64,000 nucleotides of DNA from Salpingoeca rosetta (GCA_033442325.1 JAWQFM010000002.1:2039044-2103043), one strand, 5' to 3'; numbered from the stretch's first letter, positions 12,224 through 27,059 are shown. Program-made: numbers and translations. Notes: generated from the letters alone by a model not told the origin.

Positions 12224-13782
12224 GATGTGTGACAGGGAGAGTGTGGTTGACCAAGCCACCCACACAAACAAACAAACAAACAAACTGGCTTGACGCAAAC
12301 GCAGTCAGCGCTGAATAACAGACAGAGAGAGAGGGAGAGGGCGCGTTCGGCAAATATGTCTGCTGCATGCGTGCCGTTGACGCCAAGCGGTTGGGGGACA
12401 AGCAAACAAGCCAGCACAACAGATGCAAGTGGTGAAGACGAAAGAGGTCTTGCTTGCTATGCTTCGCTTTGCTTTGCTTTGCTTCGCTTGTTCTTGGTGG
12501 TTGTCTGGGAGTGGTTCACATTGTTAGCATATCTCCATGCAACAGCGGCTGTTGTTGTGGTGCGTTTGCCATTCCAACGCTTCGCGCCCTCGCCACCCGA
12601 AACGCGTGTTTTGCCCACGCTTGGCTTGCCCGCAAAACCCTTTCCTTTGCGCACCAAAGACCTTCAAGGAGAGGCAAATTCGCTCCATTTCGTGCTGTTT
12701 CGAGGCAGCGAACGCATGCGGGGCATTCCTGCCTGCCAACTGACAAAGTTGCCATGCCTCCAGTGGCAGGAGCTGAGGCAACCTGCCAGCTCGCATTCCA
12801 CACACCCCTCCACCACAGTGTTGGCGTGCCAACACTGGCATCTCCCAAAGAACCATGCGCACGCACACACACAAGACGCAGAAGCAAAAACTTACGCAGC
12901 ACTGCCAGTCACAAAACGCCACAGAAACCCGGCAAGCAAGCAAGCAAGGCACAAAGCAGGAAAAAAAAGTGCGATTGGTATTTGGCGAATGCGTGCGTGC
13001 CTGCGCTTCTTGTACTGCCATTCCATCCATCCTGCCTCGTTCCTCAGCCTCGTCGTCGTCGTGGGCGTCGTTGCAGGCACACGCACCTCAGTTTCTCTCC
13101 ATCTATCTCAAGTTGCTGCTGACAACAGAATCACCACCCTCACTTTCCTTTGTTCCGCCTTCCCCTTGACACCACCACCACTTTGTTTTGTGCGCGTGGT
13201 GCAGCGCCATCTCCCCACACACTCACGGTTCACATCTGCCCCCCCCCCCCGATCAAATCATCGATCACACCACCCTAATCAACAACAGCAGCAACAGCAG
13301 CAACAGCTACAACAACACCTCTACTCTACTTTCACCACAAACAACCACTTGGGTGCTTGTTGTTGGTTTCACCGCAGCGCACTCCTCCCTCTCTGTTCCA
13401 CGCCAAGTGAGAGCCAAGAAGAGAGAGGTGAAGGACGCACATCCCTTCCTTCCCTGTTCCAGTCCCCTCAACACCGTGAGTCCCCTGTGTGGTGTTGTAT
13501 TGTGATGGTGGGATATGGTGGTGTGGGTGACGATGATGTGGGTGGGTGACGATGATGTGGGTGGGTGATGGTGATGGTGGGTGATGGTGTGGGTCCACTT
13601 GTTGCGGCTGCTTGCATGCACTTGTTTGTGCTCTATTTTGCTGCTCGCAAACACTAGTTTGCTTCTTTCAATTCATTGCTTGCAAGCACCCATGATAATA
13701 GTTTCCAACCATTCATTCCCTCACTCACATCCCCCGTTTCCATTTCCCGACCACCCTTCCCTTCTCCTTCCTTCTCTCCACT

Positions 13783-13962
<180 letters not shown>

Positions 13963-14133
13963 CTTTCTCGTTTACTCTCTCTGTCAAACTCTTCATTTCA
14001 CGTCATCTCTCGAAGAACGGGCACTCAACTCAAACACAATAAAAATTTCGTTCTCATTATCTACAGCTACCCATACTATTCTGATAATGGATCTTTCTAC
14101 AAAACTAAACACAAGCCACAAACGTAAGCAAGA

Positions 14134-14339
14134 NNNNNNNNNNNNNNNNNNNNNNNNNNNNNNNNNNNNNNNNNNNNNNNNNNNNNNNNNNNNNNNNNNN
14201 NNNNNNNNNNNNNNNNNNNNNNNNNNNNNNNNNNNNNNNNNNNNNNNNNNNNNNNNNNNNNNNNNNNNNNNNNNNNNNNNNNNNNNNNNNNNNNNNNNNN
14301 NNNNNNNNNNNNNNNNNNNNNNNNNNNNNNNNNNNNNNN
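14134..14339. other. Assembly gap (N run)
   Basis: Run of n characters followed by (CT)n. Confidence 0.99.
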
Positions 14340-14413
<74 letters not shown>

Positions 14414-14439
14414 TTCCTCCCTCTCTTCCGCCCTGATAG

Positions 14440-17400
14440 ATGAGCAACCCTGGTGGCCGTGGCCGCAAATCAAGCTCGGCCGATTCGCGAGCAACCAGCA
14501 TGGATAAGCAATCCAGCCTGCACTCCATCACCAGCGCCCAGCTGGACACCGCCCTCTTTGGCCAGGAGGACGCCCGCTCCTCCGCCTCCCACCAACACCA
14601 GCACCAGCAGCACCAGCCCCAACGCGCAGGCAGGCCCATGTCCTTTGCCTCGCAGCCGCAGCAGCCTCTGAGGCACCGCGACTCGGCCGCTTCCTCCAGC
14701 GCCTACCAGCAGCGCCGCACCTCCCTCGACTGGACCCGCCTCAACGCCGAGGCCGCCCACGCCCCGCGCAGCATGCCGCCCACGGACGTGCCGGAGCCGC
14801 CAGAGAACCCCGACGTGTTCTCCCAGCGCACCAACTACGTGACGGAGGAGGACTTCCTGCGCCAGCGCGAGCAGGACCGCGCAGTCGCCTCCAGCGGCAA
14901 GAAGAACCCGGCAGACACGGGCTACATCAGCAGCCTCGTCACGGGCGTGCGCGTCGACAACATCAAGACCAGCCTCATCCGCAAGTCCCAGCGCGACAAG
15001 CCCAAGAAGGACGGCGCCATCCAGGAGGAGGACGAGGACGAGGACGAGTATGACGACGACGGCGAGGATGACTACGTGGACGGACACACCAACCCCCGCG
15101 CCTCGCGCCTACATAGCCACGCCACCGCCGCCTCCGCCTCTGCCGCCGCCGGTCGCAGGCACACGGCCGCTAGCCACAGCGCTGACCATGCCTCCGTCCG
15201 CAGCGGCGGTCACAAGTCCTCCTCCTCGTCGCAGGCGTCTTCTTACGCCATCCTCTCCGAGCGGGGCGATGACTCGCACGCCCAGGGTTATGCCTCCGTC
15301 GCCACCGGGGACCACGCCCTGGACACGAGCGGCAGCAACAACGCGGCGGTGCTCACCCTGGACCACCAGCAACACACTGGCGGTGACAGCGACGTCGACG
15401 CAGCGCGCTTCGACGGCAACGGCGCCGCCCACAGCGCGCTGGAGATGGCCATGCAGGATGTCTCTGCACAGCTCCTCGACAGCCAACAGCAGGACCAACA
15501 CCAACACCAGCAGCAGCAGCCACAGGCCGCGGTGTTCTACGACAACGTGACACAGTCTGCGCTGGAGCGCAGCGGCGCCAGCGCCGGCGATGACGGCGCC
15601 AACGACAACAACTCGCGGCGCGCCATCAACCAGACATACGCCAGCACCTCTCCTGCCAACAGCAGCGCCACACCCGGGTCCCGCGCCGCTGGCAAGCGCC
15701 ACCCCATGCTCATCAACGCCGCCGTCAACAACACCAACCGCCGTCCCTTTGCCAACAACAACAACAACACCTCCGCCATCATGGCAGCTGAGGACGACAA
15801 CAACACGCTGCAGGGTGGCTTCTCCCGCAACAACTCGTACCAGCGCGCGTCGTACCGCCCGCCGTCGTCCCAGCCCTCCTACCGCGGGCCGGGTGAGATG
15901 ACGCTCAAGCGCCGCCACTTTGGCGGCAAGGACCGCGGCTTTGTCACCAAGGTGCACAAGGCCGTGACGGACGGGCAGGTGGTGATCCCGGACCCGCACA
16001 CGCTGCGCAGCCCCGTCACCACGGTGTACGCGCGCCACGAGGATTTCTACGCCGACGGAAACAAGTCGTACTACGTGCCGGACAGCCGCAAGAAGCGGCG
16101 CATGTGCTGCGTCGTGCCGTGCTACAACGAGCCCAGCGACGCGCTCCGGCGCACGCTGACCTCGCTGCACGGCCAGCTGGACAACCTGCGCAAGCTCGAC
16201 TTTGACTTCCACGTCGTCGTCATCATGGATGGCTGGCAGCTCACGTCCGAGTCCATGCGCACGTACCTGCAGACCATCTTCGACATGCCGGAGAACGTGG
16301 AGAACGAGGGCCCCACGTGGTGGGACGACCTCAACACGCTCGAGGGCAACCCCTCTGTGGAGACGTTTATCATCCAGAACGTCAACATTGAGACGTGGAC
16401 GGTGGAGCCCGTGTTCATCGAGCCCGAGGAGTTGCCTGGCGCGCGCATGCACATCACGCTCATTGTTAAGCGCGACAACCGCAGGAAGCACAACACGCTC
16501 GAGTGGTTCTTCCGCTCCTTTGCTGTCGAGTACGGTGCAGAGTACAGCTTCACCACGGATTGCGGCACCCTCTTCCAGAACGACACCATCTACCACCTGG
16601 CGCGCCACCTGGACCTATTCCCGCGCTGCGGTGGCGTGACAGGCCGGCAGCGTGTCATGTCTGCCAAGCAGCAGGGCGTGGACCACGAGAGCTGGTACTC
16701 CGCGTGGATGCGCAGCGTGCAAGGTTTCGAGTACGAGGCGACGTATGCCTCCTATGTCGGTGCCTTCTCCATGGCGGGCATGCTTCCCGTGATTCCGGGC
16801 CCCTGCGGGCTCTTCAACATGAAGCACCTCAACGGGCAGGGTGTGGAGTTCTTCTTCGACAAGGTCAAGCAGGACCCCGACACGGCCGGCCTGTTGCTGG
16901 GTAACGGCCTCCTGGCTGAGGATCGCTTCCTTTCCTACGCCGCCGTCGTGTCCACGGGCAAGCCCACCATCACTGAGTTTGTGCCGGAGAGCGTGTTCTT
17001 CTTCGAGGCAGAGACCGAGCTGCGCACGTTTGTCTTCCAGCGTCGTCGCTGGAACAACGGCACCTTTGCTTGCTTCGTCTGGCTCATGCTCAATCTCGAC
17101 ATCATCCGCAAGTCCCCCCACGGCATTGTCTTCAAGCTGCTCATGCAGTTCCTCGTGAGTTCACTTTCTCAGCCTGTGTTATATGCCGTGCTGCACTGTG
17201 CTGCACTGTGCTGCACTGCACTGCACTGTGCTGCACTGCACTGTGTTGTGTTGTGTTGTGTTGTGTTGTGTTGTGTTGTGTTGTGTTGTGTTGCGTTGTG
17301 TTGTGTTGTGTTGTGTTATGTTGTGTTGTAGCGTGCTGTGCACGTGTATCGGTGTTCTTTCTGTGCACACGCGTGTTGATGTGCTTTCTGTGTACAATTG

Positions 17401-17626
17401 TGTCGTGACCATCAGCATCAGCACCGATTCCAGCACCAACACCGCTTGTTCACGTGACTCACCAAATGCCTGGCTTGCTTGCGCCTTGTTCCTTTCTTGT
17501 AGATTGTGTGGCAGGTCATCTGGCTTGGCGTTTCCCTGATTGCCCCCGCTCTGTTCCTGGTTTTGCTTCGTCTCGGTGTTCGACATACCTTCCCTGCCAA
17601 CGAGGAGGGGGTACGTTTTCAGCACT

Positions 17627-17687
<61 letters not shown>

Positions 17688-18613
17688 GTGTGCGTGGGTG
17701 TGTGTGTGCGTGTGTGTTATCAGGTTTGAGGTGCGGAGTCCCGAGCACATGTCCCACTGCCGAACTCTCTTTCCGTTTTGTTTTCCCTGTTTAACTCACA
17801 GTCCGCTCCACTCCACTCCACCCCACTCCACTCTCTTCCATCCTGCACAAACAGGGGTCCAGTTTCTGGGCAGACATGATTTGTCTCGTGTACATGGTGC
17901 TCTATGTGACGTTCATTTCGCAGCACGTCCGGTCCAAGTTTGAGGCGTGGCTGTTCCACGTGTTTACGCTCATACACGGCATCGCAGTGCTGTTCATCAT
18001 CTCGACGTTCATCCACGCAGCTGCGACGCGACGTGACCACGTTGTCGACCTCACCCTCTACCTCTTCGCCGTGTACCAGGGCGCGCCCATCCTGCTGTCC
18101 CTGATTGTGAGCCCGCGCTCGTGCGGGTTCCTTGTCAAGTACTTTGTGCCCTACATGATCTTCCTGCCGACGCACACCATGACCTTCTGGACGTATGCGC
18201 TCACGCGCACGTTTGATCTCACGTGGGGTAACCGCCCCACAACCCACAAAGTCCCCAAGAACGAGCGCAACCTCATTGTGGAGAAGCTCAAGAGCAGCGC
18301 CGTGTCGCTGATTGGCTTTGTGGCCTGCATCAACCTCCTCATCGCCGTGGTGCTGCTTCAAATTGCCGTGTCCGGGCGAACGCTGTGGATCATCTGGACC
18401 CTCGTGTCCCTCATGATCTTCTCCGGCGTGCAGATGGCGCTGTCGTTCTGCTTTGCGCTGGAGTACCATCTCATCCGCCGCGTCCGCCGCTGGATCCGCA
18501 TTGGCCGCCTCAACCTCGCCCGCCACAGGCGCAAGAACAAGCGCAAGCTCCCCGATTCAGGCCAGAGCCAGGCACAACTCCTCGAGTGGGACAACACTGG
18601 TGTACCAAAGTAA
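14440..18613 (+). CDS. CHS: Chitin synthase (GT2; exons 14440-17154, 17503-17610, 17855-18613)
   Basis: Motifs VVPCYNE, IMDG, KRDNRRKHN, TDCGT, QGFEY, VIPGPCGLF, LAEDRFL, QRRRW, and C-terminal DLTWGNRP among multiple TM helices. Phase-0 GT-AG introns. Confidence 0.93.
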
Positions 18614-19349
18614 CAAACCAAACGAGGAGCCACGACCGCGCAGTACACCAGCACTGCTGCTGTGGCGGTACCCTGCTCGCAGTTCCCTTTCCTGGCTGCT
18701 GCTCTTCCTCTAATTGCTTCTCTTCTTTTCTTTGGGCTTGTGGCGAGATTTGGGTGGCGTGCGCGTGATATCATCATTGAGCGATGTGTGTATGTGTGTG
18801 TGTGTGTGATATGATTTGATTTGAGTTGATTTGATTTCAGTGGCGTTGTGCCTGCTTCTTTTCTTGGCTCCTGTTCTGCGTCCCCTCTCTTTTGCTTTGC
18901 TGTCTTCTCTTTCTTTCTTCTTTCTCTTGTCGAGCGAGAGAACTGACTTGACTGATTTATCGCGCGAGCACGGCTCGTGTGTTTTGATGTTCGGTTGACT
19001 TGTGCCCGTGCCGGGACACAGTGCGCGTTGTTGTTCGTTGAACAAATCAAATGAACCATCGAAACAAACGAAACCAACAAACATAATTGTAAGGAGACGG
19101 GGAGAGATGGAGAAAGTGGGAGTTGGGGGGAAGGAGGAAGACTTGGGGGATTGGGTGGTGGTAAGCAAAGAGAGGAGCAAAGGAGCAAAAAGAGAAGCGT
19201 GCAAGCAAGCAAGCAAGCAACAAGTCAAGTGGGAAGGACCACGACGGACTTGTTTTACGACATCATAAATTGAAAGCGCTGACGTGTTTCCCAACCGGCC
19301 GGTGATGAGAAGTGGAAGCGGAAGCGGAGTTGGTCGAGCAGCGACAACA

Positions 19350-20304
19350 ATGGCGGCCACCGCGCTGCTCGCTGCTGTCGTTGTCGTCCTGTGCACTGCG
19401 ATACAAGATGGTGAGCTTGAGGGAGCGTGTATGCATGCGTCTGGGTATCTCTGTGTGTATGCATATGCTTGTGTGTCTGTGTGTGTGTATGCACGCGTAT
19501 GCCTGTCTGTGTTTGCATGTGTGTGTCTGTGTTTGCATGTGAGTGTCTGCGTCTGTGTGTGTATGTATGTATGTGTGCTGCTTACTGGCACACTGTGGTG
19601 CAGGGTGGCTGACGACGCTAAACTGCAACAAACAAACACTCGCACATACTCACACACGTATGCACTCACACTAACTCACTCACCACTCTTACCCCCTCAC
19701 ACCCTTACACAACCAGTATCGGCTGAGCTGAGCGTCGCGGATCACCTGGCCACGGGAGACAAGCACCTCGCCGCGGGAGAGCTGTCGACCGCGCTTGACC
19801 ACTACCACAGCGCTTGCGGTGAGACGGCGGCGTTTCTGCTTTGGTGCTGGTTTGCAGTGCGCCCCGCGTGTTGCGGCTGTCGCTGTACCTGCGTCTTGTC
19901 ACTGCACCAGCCGTTTGCTAACATGTCGGTACTACGACTGCTGCTGCTGCTGCTGCTGTGGTGTAGATGGTGCACCGAATGACTACAGCCCGTACTTCAA
20001 ACGGTCCATTGCGTACCTTGCACTCGGCCGCCTTCGCCAGGCCTCAAAGGACCTGGACCGCGTCTTGGAGCTCAAGCCAGACTTTACACAAGCACGCTCC
20101 AAGCGCGCTGAGATTCTCCTCAAAATGGGCCAGCTCTCCTCTGCCAAGGAAGATTTTGTGGCACTGGTGAGGGCCTGTGCATCTCTATTTCCGCGTGTGT
20201 TGGGGGGGCAGCGATATGGGCGCCCCTCAGTCCCTTCCCTCTCCCACCTGCTCTTTGGCTTCGCTGCGTCTGTTCGTGCTTGCGCATGTGCCCGTGGCCT
20301 TTTG

Positions 20305-20358
<54 letters not shown>

Positions 20359-20697
20359 CACAACACACAACACACAACACACAACACACACACACACGCA
20401 CAACTATGCACACAACTATGCGCACACAGGGCGATACGGAACAGGCCGCAAACATTGACCGGCTGGCGGCAACGCGGGAAGCCGCAGATACAGCAGCAGA
20501 ACAAGAGCAGTGGCAAGAAGCCCTCAACCTCTACACACAAGTCATCGAGGTTCGTGTACAGCTGCTTGCTTTCCACCGAATCAGCTCATTCCCCCCCCCC
20601 ACACACACACACACACACTCGTTCCTGTTGTTACATTTCACTCCATATTCTGCCGCGTGTGTAGACGCGTAAACTTATACCTGCTCACTCAATGATG

Positions 20698-20729
<32 letters not shown>

Positions 20730-23310
20730 CAAACACACACACACGCACACACAAACACACACACACACACAAACACACAAACACACAAACACCACACTGT
20801 CCATGCACCAACGACACGCACGTTGGCGCTTCCTGTGCTGGCTGACATGCCGCTGCAGACGGTTGGCAGCGACGCTGACCTTCGCATGAAGCGTGGCAAG
20901 GTGTACATGCACTTGGGCATCATGGGCGAGGCCATGGCCGACGTCAAGTTAGTTACATGTGCGGGTGTCTGCGTCTGTGTGCATGGGGTGGGTGTCTGCG
21001 TCTGTGTGGGTGTGGGTGTGGCTGCTGTGCAAGCTAACTCCCCGCATCGCTTCGGTCTTGAATGCCACATGCCAGGCGTGCGACGGTGCTGAAGAGCGCA
21101 AACACAAAAGCCTTCTTCCTCCTCAGTGAACTGGAATTCAAGGTGCCTATGCTCGCAATTTCGTGGCCAACAGCACGTCACATCACAGCCCCTCAGAACC
21201 ACTCTTACCTGTATCCTTCATTCGACATTCACTCACTCACGCACATGCGCGCGCACACACATACACACACACACGTTCACACAGAGCGGCAACTACGAGG
21301 GGGCGTTGGAGCAGATTCGACAGTGTGTCAAGCTTGACGGCGACGACAAAGCGTGCTTTGATTTCTACAAGAAGCTCAAAAAGTTTACCAAACTCGCCAA
21401 CAAGGCTAAGGAAGTCCTCGCAGCCAAGCGGTGCGTATGTGTTTGCTTGCTTGCCAGCTTGCTTGTTTGCTTGCTCGTGTATACATGCATCTGCGCGTGC
21501 GCGTCTGCACGATGCTTTGAGTATGGGCAGCGGACTTTGCGTTGGGCTTGTGTTTGTTGTGTGCTCACATGTGCGCTGCGATGCTTGTATGCCATGCTGC
21601 TTGTACGCGTTGGCTTGCCAGCTACGCCGAGGTGATTATGAACGTGGAGAAGATGGAGAAGCTTGATGTGCAGGAGCCCTTCTACTTGGCCTGGTTTGCC
21701 AAACTGCGCTGCGAATGCCTCAGCAAACTCGCAAGAACAGCACCTGCCTTGGAGGTACAGTCTGACGCAACCAATCCTCACGACAACACGCCTTGCGTGT
21801 GTGTGTGTGTGTGCTTGGATGTGCGTGCGTGTGTGCGTGTGTATGTGTGTGCGTGCGTGTGTGCGTGCGTGTGTATGTGTGTGTGTGCGTGTGTGGATGC
21901 GTTTGCGACGTGATACGCTTCGTCTGTGTTGCACATGTGTCATGACACATGGGCCTGGTGAACAGCGTCGCTTGGTGGTGACTCACACACACGCTCACAC
22001 ACACACACACTTGTGCAACACGCATGCACGTGCGCAGGCTTGCAACACTGCGGCAGAGCTCGACCCGAACGATGCGTTTGTGTTTGTGCACCGGGCAACT
22101 GCGTATGAGCAGCTGGAAGACCTTGAGGCGTGCGTGCAGAACTATCAAAAGGCCGCCGAACTGAACCAGGACAACAGAGAGGTGTGGACGACACTTTCTG
22201 CATCTGTTGCCAATCACCGTTGCCACTTGCACGCGCAGTCTCGCGCACGCCTACTTACGCCCGCCCACATGCACCTTCACATACACATACACACATACAC
22301 ATACACACACATACACACACATACACACATTCGCTTACACATACACACACATACACATACACATGCACACATTCACATACATTCACATACACATACACAC
22401 ACATACACATACACATACACACGCATGCACACACGCACACATACACATACACACGAATCACGTACACGTCCACTGTTCAGATTCAAGAGGGATTGAAGCG
22501 GGCGCAGCGCTTGCTCAAGAATTCGAACAAACGCGACTACTACAAGATTCTGGGCGTCTCTCGAACGGCGTCAAAGAAGGACATTGTCAAGGTATGAACG
22601 ACCTGAAATGAAACCCATACACCAACCCCACCACATGCGCAATGTTGATGTCTGCTCACCACCGCAACTGCTATTGGCACTACATCAGACCACAGCTCTG
22701 TGACGTCTGCGTCAACCTCCACACTCCCTCCACACTCCCTTCTTCACTCCCTCCCCCACTCCCTCCCTCACTCACACGCGCTCACTCACTCATACACTCA
22801 AACGCCACGCATACACATCCCCACACATTCATACACACATGCATCACACGTTTGCCTCGCCAATGCGCCACAGGCGTATCGCAAGCTTGCTCAAGAGTGG
22901 CACCCGGACAAGTTTGAAACTGAAGAAGAAAAGGCACAGGCCGAGAAGAAGTTTATGGACATTGCCGCCGCCAAGGAGGTGCTCTCGGACCCGGAGAAGC
23001 GTCGCATGTTTGACAACGGTATGCTCAAATTTCTTACAAAGCCTATGCGTACACCTTTGTGGTTCCACGTGCACTTGGGCGGCTGTGTGTGTGTGCTTGA
23101 ACGTACTCGATTCATCCCTCAGACAGAGCGACGCAATCACACGCACTCAAACGCACATACGACACGCATGCGCTTGCAATTGCAATTGCAGGAGAGGATC
23201 CACTGGATGCAGAGGAGGAGCGAGAGCGCGCACAGCACCGTGCCAACCCCTTTGGACAAGGCTTCAACCCCTTTGGCGGCGGTGGCCGGTTCCACTTCCG
23301 CTTCCAATAA
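19350..23310 (+). CDS. DNAJC3: ER co-chaperone DNAJC3/P58IPK (signal peptide, TPR repeats, J domain), multi-exon
   Basis: Signal peptide [15 protein letters not shown]. TPRs ([20 protein letters not shown]...[12 protein letters not shown]), [16 protein letters not shown] domain RDYYKILGV...WHPDKF...[19 protein letters not shown], and end GEDPLD...FHFRFQ*. Confidence 0.93.
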
Positions 23311-23388
23311 CGCAACTATACTCGATACACAGTCACAAACATACACTCACACACACACACACACTCACACACAAACGCACGCACACAC

Positions 23389-23501
<113 letters not shown>

Positions 23502-24213
23502 CACACAAACGCACACCCTCAGCCCCCCCCCATCCACCATTGCCCCAGCACTGCTTGCAACCTCCCCTCTTCCCTCCTCCGGCTTGTTTGATTCGCTTGT
23601 TCGGCAAGAAGCGTGTGGCAACCCCCTATCTCATCGTGTGCACGTGCGCTGGTGTGTGTCGTTGTGTCTTTTGTTGGGATGTGGCATTGTTCAACGTCTG
23701 GCATCGGCAAGCCGCACTGTCTGGCCTTGGACTGTCATTGGCCGCGTGGAATTTTCGCTTGCGCATTGCGATATTTCCGTGCATGAAAATAAAAGGTGCA
23801 AACGCCACCTCAACCTACAGTCACTTCCCCGGGCTGTACACCGCCAACGGCTGACCTTGCTCCCTTGATCTTTCGCTTGCCCACTGCTTTGTTTCAAAAA
23901 CCAAAAAGCGTGAACGGTCGCACCCGGTACCGCCAAGCACCGCGTTTGCCCAGCCACAGGAGTATGTATGAATGCCCCACTGCATGCGCTCGTTGCTTGG
24001 TGGGATCGGTGTTGCACTCAGGACCAAAAGACGTGCACACGCAGACGCTTGCCGTGCGCACAACAGTTCCACTTCCCCTGCATTCGCTCGCTGCAGCACT
24101 CACATTGCCCGCACGCGTGCACATCACTGCCTTCACCGCTGATCACACGCTTTCCTTCTCGCGCCCCCCCCCCACCTTCAGTTTGACCCACGCGTCATCC
24201 CCGTTCTCTCGCA

Positions 24214-25811
24214 ATGACGCGGCTGGCATGGAGCGCCGCCGCAACGCTGGCTCTGCTGCTCGTAGCGGTTTTGGCGCCAGTTTCAACTGCCGCTGATGGT
24301 GAGCCACGTACGCTCTGAACATGTCGTTTGGCGCCAACATCATCACCCCCGCGTGCAGTGACAGGGCACAGCATCAGCCACAAAGTCACGCGCCCCGCGG
24401 GCACGCATGTGTTCGTCACGCCACAGCCCTGCTTCTTCTTCTTCTTCTTCTTCTTCTTCCCTTTCGCTCGTTCTCACACACAAAATGCACACGCACACAC
24501 ACACGCTTCCACTCCTTGTGCTCAACACCCACTTTCCCCTCTTCAACAACAAACGCACACACACGCACACACGTACACACACACGCACACACACACGTAC
24601 ACACACACGCACACACACACGCACACGCACACATACATACACACGCACACGCACACACGTATACACACACACACACACTCACAACAGTTTCGACGAGGGC
24701 ACGTCGAAGCATGGCCCAGGCTCCAGATGTTGGCCCTGAGCGAGATGCGACCGACACCTTTGTGCTTCTGCCGTTTGCGCGCATCAACTGCGGCGGCAAC
24801 AGCACCAACAGTGTCGACGGCAGAGAGTGGTTGGCAGATGCCTACTTTTCATCTGGAACGCCCATCACGTACGCCAACATCTCCAGCAACACCCTGCTCG
24901 GCTCTGCCCGCGGCTCTGAGCCTGGCGTGGACGAGGTTGAATACCTCATCCCCACTGCCTCCGGCAGAGACTACCTCATGCGCATTCACCTGGCACAACC
25001 GACGTTCGTGGCGCCAAGCACGGACGTGGCCGACTTTTATGTCAATGATCGCCGCATCTTCGCCTCCTTCGACTACAACCTCCTATACCGCTTCCCTGGC
25101 CAGGCCTTCGCCCTCGAGCGTGTCGTTGAGAACGTGACCTTCCCACTACGCGTGATTGCGCGTGCCCGGAAAGGTCAGGCACGCATTGGCGCGCTCGAAC
25201 TGCAGCAGGCCCTTGAACTCCCATGCCGCAACAACGACTTCTGTGAAAACGGTGGTGAGTGCGAAAACGTGCTGGTCGCAAACACCATCAATGGCACGTC
25301 TACAGCCATGACCACGGCTGCTCCCTTGCGCGAAGACAGCTTTGAAGCAGTCTGCAAGTGTCCAACAGGCACGAGTGGAGAGCGTTGTGAGATTATCATC
25401 ACGACCACAACGACAACCACCGCGTCAGATCCAGGCGTAACAACAACCACGAGCACAACTACAACTACAACCACCACCACCACCACAACTACAACGAGTA
25501 CAACAACAACAACGAGTACAACAACAACAACCACCACAACAACCACCACAACAACAACCACCACAACTACAACGAGTACAACTACTACTACTACTACAAC
25601 TACTACTACAACAACTACAACAACAACTACTACCACAACCACGAGCACAACAACAACAACAACAACAACAACAACTACAACTACAACAACAACGACAACT
25701 ACTACTACTACTACTACTACTACCACGAGCACAACAACAACTACAACAATTACAACAACTACAACAATTACAACAACCACAACAACAACCACCACAACTA
25801 CAACGAGTACA

Positions 25812-25852
<41 letters not shown>

Positions 25853-25865
25853 CACTACCACGACC

Positions 25866-25911
<46 letters not shown>

Positions 25912-26126
25912 CCACCACCACAACAACAACAACAACAACCACCACCACAACAACAACTACAACAACTACAACAACAACAACCACGAGCACGAGTACAGCG
26001 ACAACCACCACCACCACCACCACAAGCGCTTATCAGACAACTTCGAGCGGAAGTGGTACAGCGACCATGTCAACTGCAACGCCAGTTGCACCCACCACAA
26101 CAACCACTACCACCACCACCACCACG

Positions 26127-26157
<31 letters not shown>

Positions 26158-26273
26158 CGAGTACAGCGACCACCACCATAACAACATCATCATCAACGAC
26201 GACGAGTACTTCTACAACCACGAGTACTACAACAACCACGAGTACTTCTACTACGACCACAACTACAACGAGC

Positions 26274-26363
<90 letters not shown>

Positions 26364-26585
26364 TTGACGACAAGCACGAGTACAACGACAACCACCACCA
26401 CCACAAGCACTTCTCAGACAACGTCGAGCGGAAGTGGAACCGGAACCATGTCAACAATATCGTCAGCAACAACAACAACAACAACAACAACAACAACGAC
26501 GACAACGACGACAACAAACACAACAACAACAACAACCACAACCACCACCACCACCACCACAACAACAACAACAACAACAACAACA

Positions 26586-26674
<89 letters not shown>

Positions 26675-26768
26675 AACAACAACAACAACCGCCTATCAGA
26701 CGACTTCAAGCGGAAGTGGAACAGTGACTATGTCAACTACAACACCCGTCACGACCACTACCACGACC

Positions 26769-26867
<99 letters not shown>

Positions 26868-26992
26868 TCCACCTCGAGCAGCGAAAGTGGAAGTGGCAGT
26901 TTCACTTCCACGACCACAACTTCAACCACAGCTTCGGCCACAACGTCGTCCGAATCTGGTAGTGGCAGTACCATCCTGTCCACGCCAACAGC

Positions 26993-27059
<67 letters not shown>

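Noticed and set aside
12290-13549. 419-aa ORF in the chitinase-synthase spacer
   Set aside because: Non-ATG start, no recognisable domain, and no GC3-rich codon pattern like the true exons; probably promoter/5'UTR sequence.
14030-14133. AT-rich stretch suggesting foreign DNA or a transposon end
   Set aside because: Lies at a contig edge beside the N gap, so low-quality sequence is the simpler explanation; no terminal repeats seen.
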